The position numbers and the translations under genes were made by a program. The notes below the pieces were generated by a model. That model was not told where the DNA came from. It made no database searches and was given only the letters and a program-made list of their open reading frames with translations. A stretch of 64,000 nt of DNA, taken from NCBI GenBank assembly GCA_041690395.1, contig JAWLHJ010000002.1, forward strand, positions 64,001 to 128,000, written 5' to 3'. The number at the start of each line of letters is the position of its first letter. The stretch's first letter is position 1. The DNA comes from Longimicrobiales bacterium (lineage in GTDB: Bacteria > Gemmatimonadota > Gemmatimonadetes > Longimicrobiales > Gaopeijiaceae). Below are positions 54,558 through 64,000 of the stretch, piece by piece.

Positions 54558-56821
54558 CGTACGGACCAGCGCCCGTCACGCCGGCCCACGACCGTGACGG
54601 TCCCGTCGCGGTCCGTCCGCCATACGTCGATGCCACGGCTCCCGAGGCTCTCGAGCACGCCCGCCGTGGGGTGACCGTAGCGGTTGCCACGCCCGGCGGA
54701 GATCAGCGCGGCACTCGGCCGGATGGCGTCCAGGAGCGCCGGATCGGTGGACGTGTCGCTTCCATGGTGTCCGACCTTCAGCACTTCGATACCGGCGGGC
54801 AAGCTGGCGGCCAGGGCGCGCTCGAGCGGCCGGTAAGCGTCGCCGGTCAGGAAGGCCTCGAACGACCCGTAGCGCGCCAGGAGCACGACCGAGGCCTCGT
54901 TGGCCTCCGGACCCGTCGCCCGCAGCGAATCCGAGGGGCTCAACACCTCGAGAACCAGGTCGCCGAGCTCCAGGCGCATCCCACTCGTCGCCCCGAGCCA
55001 CGGCACGCCGGCGGCGTCGGCCGCGGTGAGAACGTCGACGAACGCCTCCTTCCCCGCAGGGAGCGCCGGGTCGTAGACCGCGCCGACCTCGAAGGACTCG
55101 AGCACCGCGGCCGCGCCACCGATGTGATCGAGGTCCGCATGGGTGAGCACCAACGCCTCGATTCTGCGAACGCCGCGGCCGCGGAGCGCCCGCACGGCAG
55201 GGTGCGCGCCCGGATCGGGATCCCGCGAGGGCGGTCCGGCGTCCACGAGCACCCAGGCACCGTTCGGCCCACGGACGGCGATGGCGTCACCCTGACCCAC
55301 GTCGATCATGATCACCTCCACCGAGCCCCGCCCCTGCAGCGAGAGTAGCACGGGCCAGGCCGCCACCGCGGCGCATACGTACATGCCGACGAGCGCCCTC
55401 CGAGTCGCCCCGCCGACCCACGGCCGCCGGGCCGTCCAAGTGGCGACGGCCACGCCGACGAGGGTGGCCATGACGGACGTGCGTGTGGACCACACGGCGG
55501 CCCACGGCAGGGCCCCGAGCGCTTCGGCCCCACCTGCCAGCGCCGCCAGGAGCACGCCGACACCCCCAGCGAGGAAGGCGCCCAGCGAGGGCGAGAGGAA
55601 GTCCGCGGCGATGGACGCGATGGCACCGGGGAGCGCCACCGCCACAAGGGGGCCGGCGACGAGCGTGCCGGGGATGCCCACGATGGAGACCTGCTCGAAG
55701 TGCCAGGCGACGATAGGCAGCGTCGCGACCGTGGCGGCCACGCCGGACGCGACCGCGCCGACCAGGCCTTCCGGGACCCTCCCCCGCCCCGCGCGGCGGA
55801 CGAGCCCCCCGACCGGACCGGCCCAGGCGACGAGGCCGGCCGCACCCGCGAACGAGAGCTGGAAGCCCGCGGACGCGATGCGGCCGGGATCGAGGACCAG
55901 AAGCACCAGGAACGCCGAAGCGAGCGCGCCCCACCGGGCCGGCGGGCGGCCCCGGGCGCGCGACGCGGCCACGAACGCGAGGATGAGCGCCGCCCGGCAC
56001 GCAGCGTCGGGAAAGCCGATGAGCGCCACGTACGCCCAGGCCCCGGCCGCCGCGCCCACGCGTGCTCGGCGGGGCCGGACGCGGGCGAGCGCGAAGATCG
56101 CGTAGAAGAGCCCGGCGATGACCCCGACGTGGAAGCCCGAGATCGCCAGGAGGTGTGCCAGCCCGGTGCGGGCGAAGGTCTGGCGAAGCTCGGGATCGAA
56201 CCCCTCGCGCCGGGCGAGGGTCAGCGCCGCCACGAGGGGAGCGCGCTCGCCGTACAGCCCTTCGATGCGGTCCACCAGATGGTCGCGCCAGCGCACGGCG
56301 GCCCACCGGGGCGATCCGTCGTCCGCATCCGGGACCGGACGCCAGCCACCGGCCATCAGCCAGTAGGTGCGCGCGCCCTCGCGCCAGCGCCCTTCCACAC
56401 GCACGGATCGGCCGGCCGGCGCGTCCTGCGCGTCGATCACGACGGTCACCGTGCCGCACCCGTCCGAGCGTTCGAGCGGGGCCGAGCCGGCGCGGGGCGC
56501 CGCCAGGAAGCGCCCCTCCAGCAGCGCGGGAGCGCCTGCACGGGGCTGCGGACATGCTCCGGCCGCCATGGCCGCGCGTGCCGAGAGCGCGCCGACGAGC
56601 ACGACCGCGGGCCAGAGCACACCTGCGCTCGGTGACGCGCAAACGCCTGCGCGCACAGGCTTCGGGGATACCCTGATGGGCCCGAGGAATGCTGCGATGG
56701 GCCGTACCAGGAAGGGAGACACCACGAGCGGCAGGAGCCAGAACGGCGCGCCGAACACGGTCCAGGCGGCCCCCGCGCCAAACGCGACGGCCAGCCTCAC
56801 CACGGGGGGAGCGTGCCGCAC
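54554..56821 (-). CDS. comEC: DNA-uptake competence protein ComEC/Rec2
   Basis: GLAHLLAISGFHV, GFQLSF, DVGQGDA, THADLDHIGG, KVGHHGS, NRYGHP, RTD. Confidence 0.92.
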   Translation of the reverse strand: MRHAPPVVRLAVAFGAGAAWTVFGAPFWLLPLVVSPFLVRPIAAFLGPIRVSPKPVRAGVCASPSAGVLWPAVVLVGALSARAAMAAGACPQPRAGAPALLEGRFLAAPRAGSAPLERSDGCGTVTVVIDAQDAPAGRSVRVEGRWREGARTYWLMAGGWRPVPDADDGSPRWAAVRWRDHLVDRIEGLYGERAPLVAALTLARREGFDPELRQTFARTGLAHLLAISGFHVGVIAGLFYAIFALARVRPRRARVGAAAGAWAYVALIGFPDAACRAALILAFVAASRARGRPPARWGALASAFLVLLVLDPGRIASAGFQLSFAGAAGLVAWAGPVGGLVRRAGRGRVPEGLVGAVASGVAATVATLPIVAWHFEQVSIVGIPGTLVAGPLVAVALPGAIASIAADFLSPSLGAFLAGGVGVLLAALAGGAEALGALPWAAVWSTRTSVMATLVGVAVATWTARRPWVGGATRRALVGMYVCAAVAAWPVLLSLQGRGSVEVIMIDVGQGDAIAVRGPNGAWVLVDAGPPSRDPDPGAHPAVRALRGRGVRRIEALVLTHADLDHIGGAAAVLESFEVGAVYDPALPAGKEAFVDVLTAADAAGVPWLGATSGMRLELGDLVLEVLSPSDSLRATGPEANEASVVLLARYGSFEAFLTGDAYRPLERALAASLPAGIEVLKVGHHGSDTSTDPALLDAIRPSAALISAGRGNRYGHPTAGVLESLGSRGIDVWRTDRDGTVTVVGRRDGRWSVR

Positions 56822-56853
56822 CTCGGCTCAGCTCCGCCCGGGATCCCCTGGGG

Positions 56854-57171
56854 TCAGTCCACCTCCGTGTGGGTCTCCTCGAACAAGTCCTGCTGGCTAC
56901 GGTCCACGAAGCGCTCCCGCTCCTCCCTGGCCTCGTCCACGAGTCGGGCCCGCAGAATGCTCCGTACCTTCAGATCGGAGCGGATACCCGCGACGAGCAT
57001 GATCAGCATGCCGGCGATGACACTCCCGAACGCCACCACCGTGAGCGGGATGCCGTAGAAGGTCGCGACGCCGAGCCGGAGGGTGACCCGCTGTCCCGAG
57101 TTGAGCGACGCGAACCCCATGGAGAGGAACAGGACCACGAGGACCCCGAGCGCGCTCACGAGGCGGCTCAC
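56854..57171 (-). CDS. LapA-family small membrane protein
   Basis: Two TM helices flanking FASLNSGQRV...IPL; charged C-terminal helix. Confidence 0.65.
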   Translation of the reverse strand: MSRLVSALGVLVVLFLSMGFASLNSGQRVTLRLGVATFYGIPLTVVAFGSVIAGMLIMLVAGIRSDLKVRSILRARLVDEAREERERFVDRSQQDLFEETHTEVD

Positions 57172-58619
57172 GGCGTGGCCATCACCGCGCTTCTGGCCAC
57201 CTCCCGGCCGGCGAAGGTCGCACCGGTCGTGCGCTCCAGCTCCGCGTGCGTGTAGGCACCCACCCGGTCCACGTCACCATCGAACACCACGACCTTGTTG
57301 CGGCGGGTCCGCCCCAGGACCTGACCGGGGTCCCTGGCCGCCTTCTCGATCAGGACCTCCTCGACGCGCCCCACCTCGGTTCGGTTGATCTCCGTCTGGA
57401 TGCCCCGCGACACCTCGATCAACTCGGCGAGGCGGGCCTGTCCCTCTTCGGGATCGATGAAGTCGTCCTCGGGAAGCCTGGTAGCCGGCGTCCCGTCCCG
57501 AGGCGAATACCGATAGGTGAACGCCTCGTCGAAGCGTACCGTCCGCATCAGATCGAGCGTGGCTCGGAACTCCGCCTCGGTCTCACCCGGAAACGCCACG
57601 ATGATGTCCGTCGACAGCGCGATGTCGGGGACCTGGTCCCGGACCATGCGCACCTTCTCCAGGAAGGACTCGACCGTGTAGCGGCGCAGCATGCGCTTGA
57701 GCGTCCGGTCGCTCCCGGACTGGGCAGGAAGGTGCAGCTGCTCGCAGACGGCCGGCTCGGTCGCCATTACCTCCACGAGCTCGGGGGTGACGTCGTTCGG
57801 GTGGGGCGAGGTGAACCGGACCCGCCGGATCCCGTCCACCCGGGCCACCGCGCGGAGCAGGCGCGGGAAGCTCCAGTCGCCGTGCTCGTAGGAGTTCACG
57901 GTCTGTCCGAGGAGCGTCACCTCCGTGACGCCGCGCTCCACGAGACCCCGGACCTCCTGCAGGATGACGTCTGCCGCGCGGTTCTTCTCTCCGCCCCGGA
58001 CGTACGGCACGATGCAGTAGGTACAGCGGTGGTCGCAGCCACGCTGGATCGGGATCCAGGCACTCGGGCCCTCGGAGCGGAGCTGCTCGAGCCCTTCGTA
58101 GTTCTCACCCATGTTCAGGTCGAGCACGGTGAGTTGGCGCGCCCGCTTCGCCGTCCCTCCGGCGATGGGGGGCGAGTCCGTCGCCGGGTTTCCGACCGGC
58201 GCCCCCGCCGCCACCTCGGAGTCATCCCCGCCGTCGACCCCCGGACCGGGCCGTAGCCGCCCGAGCGCGTCCGGAAGGCTGCGGTATCCGTCGGGCCCCA
58301 TCACCAGGTCGACATAGGGCGCGTCCTCGAGCAGCTTGTCCCCCAGTCTCTGGGCCATGCAGCCGGTCACGCCGATCACCAGGTCCGGACGGTCGCGACG
58401 CAGCCCGTTCAGCTGGGCCACGCGGCCGAGCACGCGCTGCTCGGCGTGCTCGCGGATCGCGCAGGTGTTGACCAGGACGACGTCGGCTTCCTCCGGGGTC
58501 CCCACGATACGGTATCCGCCGTCCGTGAGAACGCCCTGCATCAGCTCGCCGTCGCTGATGTTCATCTGGCAGCCGTACGTCTCCACGTACGCGCGCTTCT
58601 TCGTCGCTGTCGTGCTCAT
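57168..58619 (-). CDS. miaB: tRNA-i6A37 methylthiotransferase MiaB
   Basis: TYGCQMN, NTCAIRE, GCMAQ, GCDHRCTYC, FTSPHP, TRAM domain. Confidence 0.95.
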   Translation of the reverse strand: MSTTATKKRAYVETYGCQMNISDGELMQGVLTDGGYRIVGTPEEADVVLVNTCAIREHAEQRVLGRVAQLNGLRRDRPDLVIGVTGCMAQRLGDKLLEDAPYVDLVMGPDGYRSLPDALGRLRPGPGVDGGDDSEVAAGAPVGNPATDSPPIAGGTAKRARQLTVLDLNMGENYEGLEQLRSEGPSAWIPIQRGCDHRCTYCIVPYVRGGEKNRAADVILQEVRGLVERGVTEVTLLGQTVNSYEHGDWSFPRLLRAVARVDGIRRVRFTSPHPNDVTPELVEVMATEPAVCEQLHLPAQSGSDRTLKRMLRRYTVESFLEKVRMVRDQVPDIALSTDIIVAFPGETEAEFRATLDLMRTVRFDEAFTYRYSPRDGTPATRLPEDDFIDPEEGQARLAELIEVSRGIQTEINRTEVGRVEEVLIEKAARDPGQVLGRTRRNKVVVFDGDVDRVGAYTHAELERTTGATFAGREVARSAVMATP

Positions 58620-59929
58620 GCCTGAATTCGCAACCGGGTTCGGGGCGCCGCAATATACAGATGGTCCGCGTCTCCCCGCAGGGTCCCCTCGACGAAGAGC
58701 GCGTCGTCGGACGGCGCGGGACCGGAAAGGTCGACCCGCAGGTAATCCTCCGTCAGCCCGCTGAGCCCGGCCCCCTCGGGGGCGACGAGCGCCGAGCTGC
58801 CGACCCTCCCCTCCCGGTACGTGGCCGCCTTCCGGTGGGCGAGGTCGCGGAGCTCGCGCGCGCGCTCACCGGCCACGCGCTGCGGAACCGGCATCTCGTG
58901 GGCCAGGTCGGCCGCGACGGTGCCCGAGCGGGGCGAGAACGGGAAGACGTGCAGGTAGGTGAACGGAAGCTCGGCCACGAGCGCGCGCGTATCCTCATGG
59001 TCCTCCTGCGTCTCACCGGGGAACCCCGTGATCACGTCCGCGCCGAGCCCGAGGGGATACACGCGCTCCGCGATCTCCAGCGCCCGGGCCCGGTACTGCT
59101 CACGGGTGTGCCAACGTCGCATGCGCCGGAGCACGGCATCCGCGCCGCTCTGGAGCGGCATGTGCAGGTGGGGCGCGAGGCGCCCTCCGGACGTCGCGAG
59201 CAGTTCGAGGAGCAGGTCGTCGATCTCGGTCGCTTCGACGCTGCCCAGCCGGAAGCGGACATCGGGCATACGCTCGAGCAGCAGGGCCACGAGACGCCCC
59301 AGGCTCCAGCCCGGCTCGAGATCCAGCCCGTAGTGTCCGATGTGGATGCCCGTGACGACCAGCTCACCGTGCGCGCGGGCGAGAACGAGCGCCTCGGCCA
59401 CGACCTCCTCGGGATCGCGCGAGCGCGACGCGCCGCGCGCCAGGCGGGTCGCGCAGAACGAGCATTTCCGGTCGCAGCCGTCCTGGACCTTGAGCCAGCC
59501 GCGCGTTGCGCCGCGTCGCTCGCGCAGCAGCTCCGCCCCGATCGGCTCGGTGTCCACCCGGTCGAGAGAGGTCGCCAGCTCCAGCCGCACGAGGTCTCGG
59601 CCGCCGACGCCTTCCGCCACGGCGACCGGATCGTGCCCCCGAACGACCGCCGTCACGCCGTCGAGCTCCTCGTAGGCGTTGGTGTGCAGCGCGGCGGAGC
59701 AGCCGGCCACGACCACGCGTGCCTCGGGCTGCTCGCGACGGACCCGGCGGATGAAGCGGCGCGCCTCGGCGTCCGCCTGGTTCGTGACCGTGCACGTATT
59801 CACGACCACGACGTCGGCGCCATCGCGCTGGTCGGAGGTGAGGGCACCGCGTCCCTCGAGCTCCTGGCGCATCCGCTCGGTGTCGTACTGATTCGCCTTG
59901 CAGCCGAACGTGTGGTAGTGGACACGCAT
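58616..59929 (-). CDS. mtaB: tRNA-t6A37 methylthiotransferase MtaB-like
   Basis: TFGCKANQYD, NTCTVT, KVQDGCDRKCSFC, HVFPFSPRSGT. Confidence 0.88.
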   Translation of the reverse strand: MRVHYHTFGCKANQYDTERMRQELEGRGALTSDQRDGADVVVVNTCTVTNQADAEARRFIRRVRREQPEARVVVAGCSAALHTNAYEELDGVTAVVRGHDPVAVAEGVGGRDLVRLELATSLDRVDTEPIGAELLRERRGATRGWLKVQDGCDRKCSFCATRLARGASRSRDPEEVVAEALVLARAHGELVVTGIHIGHYGLDLEPGWSLGRLVALLLERMPDVRFRLGSVEATEIDDLLLELLATSGGRLAPHLHMPLQSGADAVLRRMRRWHTREQYRARALEIAERVYPLGLGADVITGFPGETQEDHEDTRALVAELPFTYLHVFPFSPRSGTVAADLAHEMPVPQRVAGERARELRDLAHRKAATYREGRVGSSALVAPEGAGLSGLTEDYLRVDLSGPAPSDDALFVEGTLRGDADHLYIAAPRTRLRIQA

Positions 59930-59979
59930 GGGAGGCCGAGGCGAAGGGAGAGTGAAGCCGCTGTAAACCGGCGACGGGA

Positions 59980-61152
59980 CTAGAAGCCGGCGACGCGGAT
60001 CGCGCCGGTGGCGCGCCAGAACCGTTCCGTGAACGAGCCGGAGATGCGCTCTCCACGCTCGAGCGCGAGGTCCACACCCGCGAGGGTCACGCCGTTGGTC
60101 TCGTTGAGCGCGAACCCGAGCCCGCCGGTGAAGACGCGCTCGTAGCCCGACGCATCGGTCCCGGCGCCGAACGGCAGACCGGTCCGGCGATACCCGACCC
60201 TGAGCGGCGCGCTCCGGCCCAGGAACCGGACGCGGGACAGCTCGAGGCCCACCCCGTATCCGCTCGCGTCACCGACCGGGACGGTCGTGGTGAAATCGTC
60301 CTGCATGTCCGACCAGTCGGCCTGCACCGCGCTCGCCACGACGAGGAGCCCGGGCGCCAGCACCGCGCTCGCACCGACACGGAGCTCGAGCGGCAAATCG
60401 TAGGAGCGATCGCCGCCGGGCGTTCCCGACGTCGCGCTCGCCTCCAGCGAGCTCGACCATCGCACGCTCCCGGCCATCTGGACCACGCCCCGGATGTCGG
60501 CCGAGGCACCCGCGGTCACCGACGTGCCGGCATACCCCCAGCGCCCCTGCGTCGCGAACAGCTCTGCGCCTTCGAGATCGAGGTCGCCGAAATCCCGCGT
60601 AAGCGTGCGCGTCACCGAACCGGTGTAGCGGCCGAGCGCGACCCCCACGGACAGGCCCGGCGCGATGCCCCGGGCGAAGCCGATGGACGCGCTGGAGACG
60701 CCCCCTTCTTGGAGGAAGTTGTCCATCAGGTCGTAGGAGGTGCCACCCAGATCGACCGTGACGAGCCGTTCGCTGCTGAATCCCTGATCGAGCACCGAGC
60801 CGAAGTGGATCGTTCCCATCCCGCCGAGCAGCGGATACGCGATCCCGAGGAGGGGAAAGCGGGTCCCCTTGAAATCGCCGGCCGGCACGCCGTCCTGGCT
60901 CATCTCGACCCAGCTCGGCTGCGCGACCATCACGGCGCTGGCGAACCCGAGGCCGGCGGCGGCGGCCGGGTCCACCGGCGAGATCGAGCCACCACGCAGA
61001 CCGATGCCGACGCTGCCGAGTGCCCGACTCCGCCCGTCGATCGCCTCGATCTGGCGACCGAGGCCCGTGGAGTTGAACACCGATTGGCTTTGAACGGCCG
61101 TGGGGGTCAGGGCGAGTGCCGTCAGCGCGAGCAGACGCAGAGCGTTCTTCAT
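59980..61152 (-). CDS. Outer-membrane beta-barrel protein (FadL/PorV-like, function unknown)
   Basis: Signal peptide MKNALRLL...VQSQ; RSRALGSVG and DPAA hatch-like motifs; alternating beta-strands; C-terminal Phe. Confidence 0.6.
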   Translation of the reverse strand: MKNALRLLALTALALTPTAVQSQSVFNSTGLGRQIEAIDGRSRALGSVGIGLRGGSISPVDPAAAAGLGFASAVMVAQPSWVEMSQDGVPAGDFKGTRFPLLGIAYPLLGGMGTIHFGSVLDQGFSSERLVTVDLGGTSYDLMDNFLQEGGVSSASIGFARGIAPGLSVGVALGRYTGSVTRTLTRDFGDLDLEGAELFATQGRWGYAGTSVTAGASADIRGVVQMAGSVRWSSSLEASATSGTPGGDRSYDLPLELRVGASAVLAPGLLVVASAVQADWSDMQDDFTTTVPVGDASGYGVGLELSRVRFLGRSAPLRVGYRRTGLPFGAGTDASGYERVFTGGLGFALNETNGVTLAGVDLALERGERISGSFTERFWRATGAIRVAGF

Positions 61153-62480
61153 GGGAGCTCCACCGAGGGTCCGACCGTCACGATCAGCTTGAGGACCGGC
61201 GCGAAGCCGGTACCCGGGCCATAAAACGATCCGTAGGCGATCGAAAGCGGCTCGAAGGGAGACAGGAGGGCGAGCGTGTTCGGGTAGGGTAGCCCGGTGG
61301 TCGGGTCGATCCCGCGGAGGATGTTCCGAACCAGCGAGGTCACGGGCATCTCGACCTGGGCCCCCGCCTGATCGCCGAAGTAGGAGGCCGGCAAACGGCG
61401 TCCGAGCGAGCCGACGACCGGTGCACCGAGCGGCGCCTTCGGCAGTGCCGTCCGGCTCAGAACGGCGCGCGCGTCCACCCCGAGCGTGTCGAGGGGTTGG
61501 AAAGCGCCCTCGGTCTGCCGGGTGGTGAGCACCACGGAGGCGTAGCTGATCTGACCCGGCTCGAGCGTCACCGGACAGCCGGCGGCGGCGCACAGCTCCG
61601 CGGGACCGTTGAGCTGGGTGGGGACGCCGAGGTCCATGACGGTGCGCCAGGCGGGAGCGCCGCCGACGCGCATCCCGTCGGCGGGCGCCGCGGGAGCCGG
61701 ATCGTAGATGAACGTGACTTCCGGCTGGGTCGCCGAAACCGTGACGAGCGTGTCCGGATTCACGCTCGGACGAGCCGTGAGCCGGAGCGCCACCGAGCGG
61801 ACGTCCAGCCGATGTCCCTCGGTGAGCAGGTCCAACCTGGCGCCGAGCGCCAACGCAGCATCGTCGTCCCAGGCCGCGACCTGCGCCGAGTCGAGGGCGA
61901 ACGAAACCGAGTCTCCGGCAGCCGGGTCCCAGGTGACCGTGTCGATCGGCGCCACGGTTCCACCCCCCGGCTGACTCCACGCGACACGGCTCCCCACGGT
62001 ATCCACCGCGTCCGTCCAGGTGGCCGACCGGCGGTGCCACGCTTCGTCCATGAAGCCCAGCGTGAGCGAAACCGGGGTCTCGGCCGTGCTCGCCGACCGC
62101 GAGAAGAGCGCGACCAACCGTCCCTCCACGAACGTCAGGTCCGTGTCGGTCACGGTCGTGCCCGTCGTGTCCCGCACGGAGGCCGACGTCGGCAGGGCTC
62201 CGAAACGGAGGAGCGTACGCGCGTTCAGCGAGCCACCGTAGACGTTGGCCAGAACACCGGTCCCGAGATCACCCGGAGTGCCGTAGCCGCCGAACACCTC
62301 CAGATTCGAGCCGAAGTCCTCCCACGGGATCTCGATCTGGAGCGTGACGGGCGCGCCGGGGAGCACCTCTTCACCGATGGAAGTGGGCGTCTCGTCCCCG
62401 CAGGCCGTCACGACCAGCGCGGCCGCGGCGAGGAGAACCCCCACACGCGTCCCGATCCGTCTATCGTTCGAACGTATCAC
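61149..62480 (-). CDS. Uncharacterised lipoprotein
   Basis: GTG start overlapping the cdd stop; lipobox VVTAC; Thr/Asp-rich beta-structure. Confidence 0.65.
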   Translation of the reverse strand: MIRSNDRRIGTRVGVLLAAAALVVTACGDETPTSIGEEVLPGAPVTLQIEIPWEDFGSNLEVFGGYGTPGDLGTGVLANVYGGSLNARTLLRFGALPTSASVRDTTGTTVTDTDLTFVEGRLVALFSRSASTAETPVSLTLGFMDEAWHRRSATWTDAVDTVGSRVAWSQPGGGTVAPIDTVTWDPAAGDSVSFALDSAQVAAWDDDAALALGARLDLLTEGHRLDVRSVALRLTARPSVNPDTLVTVSATQPEVTFIYDPAPAAPADGMRVGGAPAWRTVMDLGVPTQLNGPAELCAAAGCPVTLEPGQISYASVVLTTRQTEGAFQPLDTLGVDARAVLSRTALPKAPLGAPVVGSLGRRLPASYFGDQAGAQVEMPVTSLVRNILRGIDPTTGLPYPNTLALLSPFEPLSIAYGSFYGPGTGFAPVLKLIVTVGPSVELP

Positions 62481-62893
62481 GTACCCTTCTCGTTTGTTCT
62501 CGACAGCCAACCCGGCGAGCGCCCGAAGCGTTCGGGCATCAGCTCGCTCAACGACCACTCGACGTGCGTCCCACCCCCGCCCGAGATCACCCGGAGCTCG
62601 GGAGCGAACTCGGAAAGTACCTGAAGGCACGCGCCACAAGGAGGGACCGGCTCCGCGGCCTCCGTCACCAGCGCCAGAGCCTCGAAGCTCCGCCGGCCGG
62701 CGGCCACCGCGCCGAACACCGCCACGCGCTCGGCGCAGACGGTGAGCCCGAACGACGCATTCTCGACGTTGCACCCCGTCCAAACGGTTCCGTCGGAGGC
62801 CAGCAACGCCGCGCCCACGGTGAACCGCGAGTACGGGGCGTAGGCCGACGACATCGCCTCGCGGGCCACGTCGAGGAGACGCTCAGCCTCCAT
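62477..62893 (-). CDS. cdd: Cytidine deaminase (homotetrameric type)
   Basis: AYAPYSRF, GCNVENAS, CAER, PCGAC. Confidence 0.95.
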   Translation of the reverse strand: MEAERLLDVAREAMSSAYAPYSRFTVGAALLASDGTVWTGCNVENASFGLTVCAERVAVFGAVAAGRRSFEALALVTEAAEPVPPCGACLQVLSEFAPELRVISGGGGTHVEWSLSELMPERFGRSPGWLSRTNEKGT

Positions 62894-64000
62894 CCTTCCC
62901 CTTCCCCTCCCACACCCGCGGAAGCCGCGTCGTGAAGCCGGTCAACACCTCGTAGGAGATGGTGCCGGCCACCTCGGCGACCTCGTCGAGCGTGATCTCT
63001 TCGGCGCCGTCCCGCCCGATGAGCGTGGCGACGTCGCCGACCCCTACCCCGGCCAGGCCGGTGATGTTCACGACCGTGACATCCATCGAGATACGCCCCA
63101 CGATCGCGGCCCGCCGGCCCCGGATCAGCACGTGTCCGCGGTTGCCCAGGGCCCGGGGAAGCCCGTCCCCATAACCGATCGACAACGTGGCCCAGCGCTC
63201 GGTCCCCCCGGCCGTGTGCGTCGCGCCGTACCCCACCGTCGTCCCGGGTCGGGCGTCACGCACGTGGACCACGCGGGCGTACAGCGACACGACCGGGTCG
63301 GGCGCGGGCACGTCGGAGCCGCATCGTCCACCGTAGAGGAAGATACCCGGGCGCACGAGGTCACCGGCCAGCCCCGGCTCATGGAGAACGCCCGCGCTGT
63401 TCAACATGTGACGAAGCACGCGGGGTCGGTCCTCGCCCGGCCCGCACCCGTCGCCGATCTGCGCGGTCCACGAGGCGAAGCGCTCCGCCTGCCGCCGAAC
63501 GCTCTCGGGGTCGTCTTCCGCCGAGTGCAGGTGGGTGAAGACGCCGACCCAGCGCACGGAGCCCGCCGCGGCGGCCCGGAAGCGATCCAGCCAGACGGCC
63601 CCCTCTCGCCAGTCTACACCCGAGCGTCCCATCCCCGTGTCGACGTCCAGATGTACGTCCGCGACCAGGGCCGCCCGCTCCGCCGCGGCGGAGACCTCCC
63701 GCAGCGCGTCCAGGCTCCCGACCGAGAGCGCCAGACCGGCCTCGACCGCCGCTTCGAGCTCGATGTGGGGCGCCGGGCTGAGCACGACGACCGGTCCGTC
63801 CACGCCCAGCTGTCTGAGGCGGAGGCCTTCGGCGACCGTCGCCACTCCGAAGCCCCAGACACCGGCCGTCCGGAGCGTCTCGACGACACCTGGCATGCCG
63901 AGTCCGTACGCGTCGGCCTTCACCATCGGCAGGACGCGGACACCGGGGTCGAGCTCGGAGCGGAGCCGGGCGAGGTTGGCGAGCAGCGCGTCGGCGCGCA
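62883..64000 (-). CDS. alr: Alanine racemase (start lies just beyond the window end)
   Basis: VKADAYG, DTGMGRSG, NSAG, VRPGIFLYG, VGYG, GYGDG, GRISMD, TISYE. Confidence 0.95.
   Translation of the reverse strand, partial: RADALLANLARLRSELDPGVRVLPMVKADAYGLGMPGVVETLRTAGVWGFGVATVAEGLRLRQLGVDGPVVVLSPAPHIELEAAVEAGLALSVGSLDALREVSAAAERAALVADVHLDVDTGMGRSGVDWREGAVWLDRFRAAAAGSVRWVGVFTHLHSAEDDPESVRRQAERFASWTAQIGDGCGPGEDRPRVLRHMLNSAGVLHEPGLAGDLVRPGIFLYGGRCGSDVPAPDPVVSLYARVVHVRDARPGTTVGYGATHTAGGTERWATLSIGYGDGLPRALGNRGHVLIRGRRAAIVGRISMDVTVVNITGLAGVGVGDVATLIGRDGAEEITLDEVAEVAGTISYEVLTGFTTRLPRVWEGKGKDGG

Noticed and set aside
56630..56710. Slightly AT-richer in-frame segment near the comEC 5' end
   Set aside because: No terminal repeats or clear hairpin, and ComEC N-termini are variable.
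58130..58260. Gly/Pro/Asp-rich insertion in MiaB
   Set aside because: In frame, at the variable linker before the radical SAM domain, with no intein or repeat features.

Overview
This is a high-GC (about 70% by eye), gene-dense bacterial chromosome segment. The gene content and order (SusC/SusD, BNR-repeat protein, EcxA-like metalloprotease, PhoH-7TM/HD-YbeY-MgtE, lexA between trp genes) suggest Gemmatimonadota; that assignment is inference. 1-15.2 kb holds a minus-strand secreted/outer-membrane cluster: two S9 peptidases, SusC/SusD, a BNR protein, a Zn-metalloprotease and a second TonB receptor. 15.2-18.1 kb holds a B12-dependent acyl-CoA mutase large subunit with isobutyryl-CoA-mutase-type residues, plus meaB. 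18.18-18.48 kb is a 305-bp non-coding element with perfect 32-bp terminal inverted repeats. The rest is mostly housekeeping: ubiB-like kinase, mgtE, ybeY, HD hydrolase, phoH, aspS, rlmN, lepB, yqeK-like, rqcH-like, the trp genes, lexA, truA, fsa/tal, htrA, purB-purC-pssA-purS-purQ-purL-purF-add, fbp, comEC, miaB, mtaB, cdd and alr. I saw no rRNA, tRNA, CRISPR array, transposase or phage genes. Best novelty candidates: (1) a HEAT-repeat plus HD-GYP gene pair sharing a homologous uncharacterised N-terminal domain, embedded between trpB and trpA; (2) the double-hairpin TIR element; (3) a 21-codon leader ORF translationally coupled to susC in a peptidase-rich Sus locus. All calls are by eye; no searches were run.
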